Below are positions 8,229 through 15,069 of a DNA stretch of 32,000 bases, in pieces; the stretch's first letter is position 1, and every line of letters begins with the position of its first letter. The stretch is from NCBI RefSeq assembly GCF_000008665.1, contig NC_000917.1, forward strand, positions 1,590,001-1,622,000. The letters are read 5' to 3'. Below the pieces are notes generated by a model, which was given only the letters and a program-made list of their open reading frames with translations, searched no databases and was not told the DNA's origin. This DNA is from Archaeoglobus fulgidus DSM 4304. Lineage in GTDB: Archaea > Halobacteriota > Archaeoglobi > Archaeoglobales > Archaeoglobaceae. The position numbers and the translations under genes were made by a program.

Positions 8229-8486
8229 TTGGCCGAAATAACAGAAGTTAGGATATATAAGTCGAAGGGGAACGGAAGCGTAAAGGCCTATGCGTCTGTG
8301 AGTTTTGACAACGAGTTTGTTGTGAAGGGTTTGAAGGTTGTTGAGGGAGAAAAAGGGCTTTGGGTGAGCATGCCCAGCAGAAGGATGAAGGATGGGAGCT
8401 TTCAGGACGTTTTCCATCCGGTTAGCAGGGAGGCGAGAGATAAGATAGTGGATGCGGTTCTGAAGGCCTATCAGGAGCAGGAGTAG
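8229..8486 (+). CDS. spoVG: SpoVG-family protein
   Basis: (M)AEITEVRIYKSKGNGSVKAYASVSFDNEFVVKGLKVVEGEKGLWVSMPSRRMKDGSFQDVFHPVSREARDKIVDAVLKAY is colinear with bacterial SpoVG (M-x-V/I-T-D/E-V-R..., ...FVV..i.V..g..G.FV.MPS.r..dG.f.D..HP). I prefer the TTG at 8229, because GGAGG at 8217-8221 sits 7 nt upstream, over the track start TTG at 8211. Confidence 0.85.
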   Translation: MAEITEVRIYKSKGNGSVKAYASVSFDNEFVVKGLKVVEGEKGLWVSMPSRRMKDGSFQDVFHPVSREARDKIVDAVLKAYQEQE

Positions 8487-8514
8487 TTAAGAGTTTGGCT
8501 TTTGCTTCAAAACC

Positions 8515-8528
8515 TTTTTATCTTTTCT
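8515..8528 (+). terminator. Oligo-T tract after spoVG-like gene (overlaps the likely TATA region of the next gene)
   Basis: TTTTTATCTTTTCT lies 29 nt after the TAG stop and 16-29 nt upstream of the ATG at 8544. Confidence 0.35.
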
Positions 8529-8543
8529 GGGTTCAATTCTGTC

Positions 8544-9515
8544 ATGGTAAAAGTTGTAAGTTTTTCTCCAATCGCCGAGCCCCTGCTGAAGGGGCTGATT
8601 GGCTCAGTCTATTCCGGAGAAGTTGAGGTTGTTGTTATAGGTGAATACGACGAGCGACGAATTCTCGAAGCGGTGAGGGATGCGGATATTGTTATAGGGG
8701 ACTACACCTTCAAAATACCGATTACTGAAGAGATGATGAGAGCTATGGAGAAAGTCAAGCTCATTCAGCAGCCCTCGACTGGATACAACAACATCGACGT
8801 AGAGGCTGCAAAGAAGCTGAGCATAACCGTTGCAAACGTTGGGGGAGTAAACGCCTTGAGTGTTGCGGAGCATACGGTAATGTTCGCTCTCGCTTTGCTC
8901 AGGAGGCTAATCTATGCCCACAACAGCGTTTTAAGCGGTAGGTGGGAGCAGGATGAGATGGCAAACCTCGGAGTTTACGAGCTTCACGGCAAAACGTGGG
9001 GCATCATCGGTATGGGGGCCCAGGGCAGGGAGGTTACCAAAAGACTTCAGGGCTGGGGTGTCAAAATCATCTACCACGACGTGAGGAGGGCTGAGGACAT
9101 CGAAGAGTATGGAGTGGAGTTCAGAGATTTCGATGCGCTGCTCAGAGAGGCGGACATCGTCAGCCTTCACGTTCCACTTACGGAGGAAACGAGGGGTATG
9201 ATAGGCGAAAGAGAGCTGAAAATGATGAAGAACTCTGCAATTCTGATAAACGTTGCGAGAGGGGAAGTTGTTGACGAGAATGCTCTTGTAAGGGCCATAA
9301 AGGAGAGGTGGATTGCAGGAGCCGCTCTCGACGTCTTCGCCAAGGAGCCCCCTGAGGGGAGCGAGCTGCTTGAGCTTAAGAGCCACAACGTCATTTTCAC
9401 GCCCCACATAGCCGGAGCGACGAATGAGGCGAGGCTCAGGATAATAAGGGAGGCGATGGAGAACATTGGAAGGGCGCTGAGGGGAGAGGAGGTTAAGCAC
9501 GTCGTTAGCAGGTGA
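8544..9515 (+). CDS. D-isomer-specific 2-hydroxyacid dehydrogenase (glyoxylate/hydroxypyruvate reductase or PGDH-like)
   Basis: NAD-binding GIIGMGAQGREV, and the catalytic triad context NVARGEVVDE and TPHIAGAT. I prefer the ATG at 8544 (MVKVVSF...) over the track TTG at 8502, whose first 14 codons fall in T-rich intergenic-looking sequence. Confidence 0.85.
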   Translation: MVKVVSFSPIAEPLLKGLIGSVYSGEVEVVVIGEYDERRILEAVRDADIVIGDYTFKIPITEEMMRAMEKVKLIQQPSTGYNNIDVEAAKKLSITVANVGGVNALSVAEHTVMFALALLRRLIYAHNSVLSGRWEQDEMANLGVYELHGKTWGIIGMGAQGREVTKRLQGWGVKIIYHDVRRAEDIEEYGVEFRDFDALLREADIVSLHVPLTEETRGMIGERELKMMKNSAILINVARGEVVDENALVRAIKERWIAGAALDVFAKEPPEGSELLELKSHNVIFTPHIAGATNEARLRIIREAMENIGRALRGEEVKHVVSR

Positions 9516-9519
9516 GATT

Positions 9520-11157
9520 ATGGACGCTGCACACGCTGTTGCGGAATGCTTGAAGAATTTTGGTGTTGGAAGGGTTTACGGCATTATCGGCACGTCTATT
9601 GTTGACTTCGTCGATGCGCTTTACGATTACAGGGAGGAGATAAGGTACATCTCCTGCCGTCACGAGCAGGTTGCCGCCTCGATGGCCGATGCCGAAGGAA
9701 GGCTGACGGGCTTTCCGGGAGTCAGTTTAGTTCACGCCGCCCCCGGCACACTCAACGCAGCCATAGGCGTTGCCAACGCCTACAAGGACGGCTCACCCAT
9801 GGTGGTGATTTCGGGAGGGGCTAAGAGGAAGCTCTACGGAAAGAACACGATGCTCGAGGTTGACCAGCAGTCCGTAATGAGGCCGATAACCATGGCGACT
9901 TTCAGGGTTGAGGATGCGGCAAAAGCTCAGAGCATCATTGCCAAGGCATTCTCCATCGCCGTCAGGGAGTGCGGGCCCGTTTATGTGGAATTTGCTGAGG
10001 ATGTTTGGCTTGAAGAGAGTAGCAGCGAGGATGTCAGAATTGAGGCCGAGAAACCTAGGGCAGGTGATGCCGAAATCGAGAGCGTTGCTGAAATGCTCAG
10101 GGAAGCTAAGAAACCGCTGATACTTGCAGGATTCGGTGTGAACAGCGAGGAAGGGAGCGAGCTTCTAACGCAGCTTGTAGAGAAGACGTCGATACCCGTC
10201 GCCACAACGGGCAACGGTAGAGGGGCGTTGGATGATAATCACAGGCTCTGCTTGGGCAGAGCAGGCTTCGGAGGGGGGAGCATCCATGCTGATGAGGCTT
10301 TGAGAAACTCGGACTTCCTGCTCTGCCTCGGCTGCCAGCTCACGGACGTCACAACCTACGGCTACAACTGGATGCCGTCCGGAAAGGTTGTTGCAGTCAC
10401 GCTTGACAGGGAGGCGGGGAAGAAGCTGAACTACGCGCTTGTAAGCTACAGTGACGCGGTTGATTTTCTCAGAAGGCTTATTGAGAAAGTTGAAGGTTAC
10501 AGAGCGCCTGAAAGCTGGCTGCACGAAATCGAAGTCTGGAGAAAGAGCTGGGAGCAAATGGTTGAGAATGCCGTGAACATGGAGTACAAAGGCTTTGCAA
10601 ACCCCGCAAAGTTCTTCAAGAAGCTCAATGAGGCTCTACCTGAAAATGCCGTTGTTTCGGCAGGACAGGGGATGCATGTGCTGTACCCTCAGGCCTACGT
10701 GAAGGCGAGGAGGCCGAGAAGCTACTTGGCGGCAACGAATCACGGTGCCATGGGCTTCGGATTTCCCGCTGCAATGACCGCAGCGCTTCTCGGCTACACC
10801 GCCATAGCAGTGGTTGGTGATGGAGAGTTCATGATGACTGTGCAGGATTTGGAGACGGCGGTGAGGGAAAGTATTCCCGTAAAGGTCGTTGTCGTCAACG
10901 ACAACTCATACAGGGTGCTCTACTTCAGGCAGAAGGTTCAGAAAATGGGAAGGGTTTACGGTACACTCCACACAAATCCCGACTTCGCCGAGCTGGCGGG
11001 AGTTTTTGGCGCTGACGGAGTTACTGTCAGCTCGGACTCCCAAATAGAGGATGCGATAGGGGAGATGCTTAACTCGGAAAGGCCGTTCGTCCTCGACCTG
11101 CGCATCTCTCCCGACTGCTTCGCGCCCTTCAACCCTCAGCCAAGTGTGAGGATGTAG
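9520..11157 (+). CDS. Thiamine-diphosphate-dependent enzyme, acetolactate synthase large-subunit-like
   Basis: The three-domain length (545 aa), an N-terminal Pyr domain (GIIGTSIVDFVDAL...HEQVAASMADA) and the TPP-binding motif GDGEFMMTVQDLETAV...VVVVNDNSY. No small regulatory subunit gene is adjacent. Confidence 0.85.
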   Translation: MDAAHAVAECLKNFGVGRVYGIIGTSIVDFVDALYDYREEIRYISCRHEQVAASMADAEGRLTGFPGVSLVHAAPGTLNAAIGVANAYKDGSPMVVISGGAKRKLYGKNTMLEVDQQSVMRPITMATFRVEDAAKAQSIIAKAFSIAVRECGPVYVEFAEDVWLEESSSEDVRIEAEKPRAGDAEIESVAEMLREAKKPLILAGFGVNSEEGSELLTQLVEKTSIPVATTGNGRGALDDNHRLCLGRAGFGGGSIHADEALRNSDFLLCLGCQLTDVTTYGYNWMPSGKVVAVTLDREAGKKLNYALVSYSDAVDFLRRLIEKVEGYRAPESWLHEIEVWRKSWEQMVENAVNMEYKGFANPAKFFKKLNEALPENAVVSAGQGMHVLYPQAYVKARRPRSYLAATNHGAMGFGFPAAMTAALLGYTAIAVVGDGEFMMTVQDLETAVRESIPVKVVVVNDNSYRVLYFRQKVQKMGRVYGTLHTNPDFAELAGVFGADGVTVSSDSQIEDAIGEMLNSERPFVLDLRISPDCFAPFNPQPSVRM

Positions 11158-11191
11158 CAAAGGTTAAATTGTGCCGAGTCTAAGAGATGCC

Positions 11192-12505
11192 ATGAAGCTT
11201 TCACCACTTTTTGTTTTGCTTCTCGCTCTTCTCATCGCTCCAGTCAATGCAGCCGAGCTTAGGGTGGCGAAGGTTGAGGTGAGGGGAGAGATAAACCAGG
11301 GAACGTATCTGACTCTGCAGCACGCGTACGATTTTGCTTTGAGGGAGAGGTTTGACGTCCTCTTCGTTGTTCTCGACACTCCCGGAGGGCTGCTTAGCTC
11401 AACCCAGAAGATAGTCAAGATGTTCCTAAACAGCGAGGTTCCCGTTGTCGTTTTTGTCCCGAGGGGGGCTATGTGTGCCTCGGCAGGCTCAATCATCCTT
11501 TTATCATCGCACATTGCGGTGATGGCTGACGGAACGGCGGTGGGGGCAGCCACACCTGTAAGCGTGGGATTTGCAAGCGCTGAGGTTGAGAACAAGACCG
11601 TGAACTACATTGCGGGTTATGTTAAGGACATTGCAAGGGAGAGGGGGAGGAATGAGGGTGTTGCGGAGAAGTTCGTGACTCAGGCTTTAACGCTGACAGC
11701 AAAAGAAGCTCTGGAGCAGGGAATAATCGACTACATTGCAAACACGGAGGGTGAGGCCATTGAGGGCCTTAAGGGGAGAAGCGCGGAGATCGACGGAAAG
11801 CTTGTAACATTCGAGTTCGACACCTACAGAGTTATTGAGGTCAAGAAGCCGCTGCAGGCCAGCATTTACGAGATAATCTCGAGCCCGCAGCTCGCGGCGA
11901 TTCTCCTCCTTCTCGGAATCTACCTTCTAATCTTCGGCCTCACATCCCCCGGACTCGTGCCCGAGACTGTTGGAGCTATCTGCCTTATTCTGGCTTTAGC
12001 AGGACTTGGGGTGATTGGGATAAATCACCTCGGCCTGCTCCTCATCGTTTTGGGCGTAATTTTCCTCTTTGCCGAGCTAATGACACCAACCTATGGCGTT
12101 CTCGGTGCTGCCTCGGTGGTTTCGGTTGTACTCGGGCTTCTCATTCTCTTCAACGAACCTTTAATGCCTGAGTCCTTCTACGATGCCTTTCCCAAGTTCG
12201 TTGCAGGGATGGGAATCGGGCTTGGAGGAATAATGACCTTCATGATCATCAAGATTGCTCAGATCAGAAAGAAGAAGAGCAGCGTTGGAGAGGTCGTTGG
12301 GGAGAAAGGGGAGGTTCTGGAGTTCTCCAACGGCAGAGGATTCGCAAGAGTCAGAGGGGAAATCTGGAAGGTCGTGAGCGATGAAGAGCTTGAAAAGGGC
12401 GATGAGGTTGAGGTAATTGCTAGAGAAGGTCTTACGCTGAGGGTGAGGAAGATTGGTGGAGGAGGAACTGAGAAGGGAGACGCTGAAGTGGCTGGAGAGA
12501 ATTGA
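11192..12505 (+). CDS. NfeD-type membrane-bound serine protease (ClpP-class domain, TM region, C-terminal NfeD OB-fold)
   Basis: Signal-like N-terminus MKLSPLFVLLLALLIAPVNA. ClpP-fold motifs VLDTPGGLLSS and CASAGSIILLSSH. Several TM helices, then a C-terminal GRGFARVRGEIWKVVSDEELEKGDEVEVIAREGLTLRV. I prefer the ATG at 11192 over the GTG at 11171, because a TATA-like GTTAAATT lies at 11165-11172. Confidence 0.85.
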   Translation: MKLSPLFVLLLALLIAPVNAAELRVAKVEVRGEINQGTYLTLQHAYDFALRERFDVLFVVLDTPGGLLSSTQKIVKMFLNSEVPVVVFVPRGAMCASAGSIILLSSHIAVMADGTAVGAATPVSVGFASAEVENKTVNYIAGYVKDIARERGRNEGVAEKFVTQALTLTAKEALEQGIIDYIANTEGEAIEGLKGRSAEIDGKLVTFEFDTYRVIEVKKPLQASIYEIISSPQLAAILLLLGIYLLIFGLTSPGLVPETVGAICLILALAGLGVIGINHLGLLLIVLGVIFLFAELMTPTYGVLGAASVVSVVLGLLILFNEPLMPESFYDAFPKFVAGMGIGLGGIMTFMIIKIAQIRKKKSSVGEVVGEKGEVLEFSNGRGFARVRGEIWKVVSDEELEKGDEVEVIAREGLTLRVRKIGGGGTEKGDAEVAGEN

Positions 12506-12686
12506 GGAAAGGGTGAAGGAGATTGAGGGCGATGAGGGGTTCATGAGGAACATAGAGGCCTACATCAGCGACTCCCGGTATTTTCTGGAGAAGGGGGATT
12601 TAGTCAGAGCATTCGAGTGCGTTGTCTGGGCGTGGGCGTGGCTCGAAATCGGGTTGGAGGTTGGAAAGCTGCATGAAACTGCGTAA
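12453..12686 (+). CDS. Small helical protein of unknown function (DUF357-like, archaeal, upstream of ksgA)
   Basis: A 77-aa ORF whose start (TTG 12453 or GTG 12456) follows GGTGAGG at 12442-12448. It overlaps the NfeD 3' end by about 50 nt and the ksgA start by 14 nt. The family assignment is from memory of archaeal DUF357 proteins (...[31 protein letters not shown]...). Confidence 0.65.
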
Positions 12687-13407
12687 AAGCCTCGGACAGC
12701 ACATGCTCGTGGACAGGAGAGTCATTTCAAGGATTGTGGGGTATGCGGAGCTTTCTGAAGACGATGTGGTTCTGGAAGTGGGTTGCGGGACGGGCAATCT
12801 CACCTCAGCACTCCTTAGAAAATGCAGCGTTGTGGGGATTGAGAAGGACCCGTTGATGGTTAAAAGGCTGAGAGAAAGATTTTCAGATTTCATAGGGAAG
12901 GGCAGGTTCAGGCTTATACAGGGAGACGCGCTGAAAGTGGACTTTCCTTACTTTACGAAGTTCGTGGCGAACATACCCTACAAGATATCCTCCCCTCTTA
13001 CATTCAAGCTTCTGAAGACCGACTTCAGGCTTGCAGTCGTGATGTATCAGCGCGAGTTTGCTGAGAGGCTCTGCGGTGAAGACAACAGGCTCGGAGTTAT
13101 ATCGAAAACCTACTGCAAGGCGGAGATACTGGAAATAGTAAAGCCAAGCAGCTTCAACCCACCCCCGAAGGTTGAATCGGCGATAGTCCGCATAGTACCC
13201 GAGCCGGAGGTTTTTGTAGAGAACAGGGAGCTTTTTGAGAAATTTGTCACCTTCGCTTTCAGCATGAGAAGGAAGAGGATGGGGAAGATAGTGCAGGAGT
13301 TCAGAAAGAGATACGGTGTGGAGTTAGCAGTGAATAAAAACTTGGCCGAAAAAAGGCCTGAGGAGCTCGGAGCGAGGAAGTTTGCGGAGATTGTGGTGGG
13401 AGAATGA
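12673..13407 (+). CDS. rsmA: 16S rRNA (adenine1518/1519-N6)-dimethyltransferase KsgA/Dim1
   Basis: LGQHMLVD N-terminal motif, SAM motif [12 protein letters not shown], and catalytic [12 protein letters not shown] prefer the ATG at 12673 ([10 protein letters not shown]) over the track TTG at 12622. Confidence 0.9.
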
Positions 13408-13937
13408 TTTACGAGCCGGCTGAGGACAGCGAACTTTTGCTTGAGGCTGCGTTGAGGGAGCTCAAGCCCGACGATGAGGTCATTGAAGTAGGTGCGGGGA
13501 GCGGGTTCGTTGCTGAGAGGCTTAAAGGAAAATGCAAATGCATTCTGACAACAGACATCTCACCCTTCGCCGCCATGGAGCTGAGGAGGAAGGGCCTTGA
13601 TGTTGTGATGACGGACATTGCGAAGGGGATAAGGAAGAAGTTCAGCCTTGTTCTGTTCAACCCTCCCTACGTGGAGCTTGAGGATGAGCTGAGAAGAGGA
13701 GACTGGCTTGATGTTGCCATTGACGGCGGTAAGAAGGGGGTTAAGGTAATCAAAAAGTTTCTGGACTCGCTCGACGAGATAATGGCTGAAAGAGGGAGGG
13801 CAATCTTAATTGCATCCTCTCAGAACGAGCCGGACGTTTTTGATTTAATTGATGAGAGGGGATTTAGATACGAAATCGTTGGAGAGAGGGGACTTTTCTT
13901 TGAGAAGCTCTTTGCTATCAAAATCTGGAAAGAATGA
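13404..13937 (+). CDS. HemK/Mtq2-like N5-glutamine (release factor) methyltransferase
   Basis: [12 protein letters not shown]-terminus, SAM motif [12 protein letters not shown], and catalytic NPPY in VLFNPPYV. There is an ATGA stop/start overlap with ksgA. Confidence 0.8.
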
Positions 13938-14493
13938 CGAGTTTTTTGACACTTTCGTCAACCCTGAATTTGCCCAGCGGAGTTTCAACCTCGTCGTCCA
14001 CAACGCTTACAATTTCTCCCGGCTTAAGGCCGATTTTTGCCAGGTATGACGGGGCTACGATGACCTCGTACTCCCCCTCGGTGGCGTCTGATAGACTGAG
14101 GTACTCCTGGGTGCAGCTCTCGCAAACCTCACAATTTCCAGAAATTATTCTGCACACCCTGACGAATGCATCTTCTGTAATGTGGTGCTCCAATTCGCAG
14201 CTCAGCTTTTCTGCAAGCTCGTCCTGTATGCCGAGGTAGTCCTTAAAGAAGTGGTAGAGAGCGAGATAGTACTTCTTAATTCTCCTTGCAAGCTCTTCCC
14301 CCTTTCTTGTAAGCTTTGCTCCTTTGTACGGCTGATAGTCCACGTATCCCATATCTCTGAGTTTTATTAGCATCTCCGTAACGCTGGATGGTTTTACGTT
14401 GAGGATTTTTGCAAGTTCACCTGTTTTTGCAACCTTGCTCGTCTCCTCCTGAATGTCGTAAATCGCCTCAAGGTACTCTTCTATCCTCTCCAT
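13918..14493 (-). CDS. DtxR/IdeR-family metal-dependent transcriptional repressor with C-terminal FeoA/SH3-like domain
   Basis: N-terminal wHTH ([13 protein letters not shown]...[28 protein letters not shown]). Metal-site-like residues H81/D85 and C99-E102-H103 (SCELEHH). The C-terminal [25 protein letters not shown] resembles FeoA/SH3. Confidence 0.85.
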
Positions 14494-14502
14494 TGCTATA
14501 TT

Positions 14503-14521
14503 TTAGGTGGGGCTAATTAAA
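14503..14521 (-). promoter_or_regulatory. DtxR-box-like element overlapping the probable promoter of the DtxR-family gene
   Basis: TTAGGTGGGGCTAATTAAA matches the 19-bp DtxR/IdeR operator consensus TWAGGTTAGSCTAACCTWA at 14 of 19 positions by my count. It lies 10-28 nt upstream of the ATG (14493) and overlaps a TATA-like TTATTTAATTAG on the coding strand. Confidence 0.3.
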
Positions 14522-14546
14522 TAACACTTTCGCGTTTTTGCAAAGT

Positions 14547-15059
14547 CTATGGCTCGAACCTCTCGCTTGAGTTGGTTGTGAAGTTCTTTCCGAAGCTTGC
14601 GTGCATGACGAACTTGTAGTTTATGTCCGGTTTTCCGTCTTTGAAGGCATCGCCGTGAGTTACGTGAAGTATTTCTCCTACAAACAGTGTGTGGTCTCCC
14701 GTCTCGACCTCCTTCACCACCCTGCACTCAAGGTTTGCCTGACACTCTTTGATTGAAGGCACCTTAACCTTCTTTGACTCGACCAGCGTCAGGCTGAGCT
14801 TTTCCATCTTGTTCTCCTTCGCTCCGCTCAGCGTTCCAGCCTTCCACACGTCCTTGAGAAGCTCAATTGTTGGAACGGCGACCACGAACTCCCCGCACTC
14901 TTTTATTAGCGAATGCGTGTACCTGCTGTGTCCAATAGCCACTCCGAGAAGCTGCGGACTGAAGGACAGAGGCACAACCCAGTCAGCAGTCATTACATTC
15001 GGCTTCTCAACACCCGAAACTATCAAATACGTTCTGAGCGGATACAGGTACTCCAGCAT
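14547..15059 (-). CDS. Flavin reductase-like FMN-binding protein (flavoredoxin family)
   Basis: YPLRTYLIVSG...NVMTADWVVPLSFSPQLLGVAIGHSRYTHSLI is typical of the flavin_reduct domain. I prefer the ATG at 15059, preceded by GGTGGTGA, over the track GTG at 15080, which would overlap the upstream gene by 11 nt. Confidence 0.8.
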   Translation of the reverse strand: MLEYLYPLRTYLIVSGVEKPNVMTADWVVPLSFSPQLLGVAIGHSRYTHSLIKECGEFVVAVPTIELLKDVWKAGTLSGAKENKMEKLSLTLVESKKVKVPSIKECQANLECRVVKEVETGDHTLFVGEILHVTHGDAFKDGKPDINYKFVMHASFGKNFTTNSSERFEP

Positions 15060-15069
15060 GTTCACCACC

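Noticed and set aside
9222-9246. C/D-box sRNA-like motifs (ATGATGA at 9222-9228 followed by CTGA at 9243-9246). Similar RUGAUGA hits occur at about 955, 8732, 10829, 13606 and 16486
   Set aside because: All hits lie inside well-supported coding sequence. None has the full C-D'-C'-D arrangement with a terminal CTGA and flanking short inverted repeat at the right spacing. These heptamers are expected by chance in 64 kb of two-strand sequence.
8931-9500. 189-aa and 99-aa minus-strand ORFs
   Set aside because: They are antisense to the 2-hydroxyacid dehydrogenase (NAD-binding and catalytic motifs are on the plus strand). They are shadow ORFs.
11164-11595. 143-aa minus-strand ORF
   Set aside because: It is antisense to the protease domain of the NfeD gene. 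It is Thr/Ala/Ser-rich with no motifs.
12628-12641. Tandem GGGCGT repeat (GGGCGTGGGCGTGG)
   Set aside because: It encodes the WAWAW stretch of the DUF357-like protein. It is a coding feature, not a regulatory repeat.
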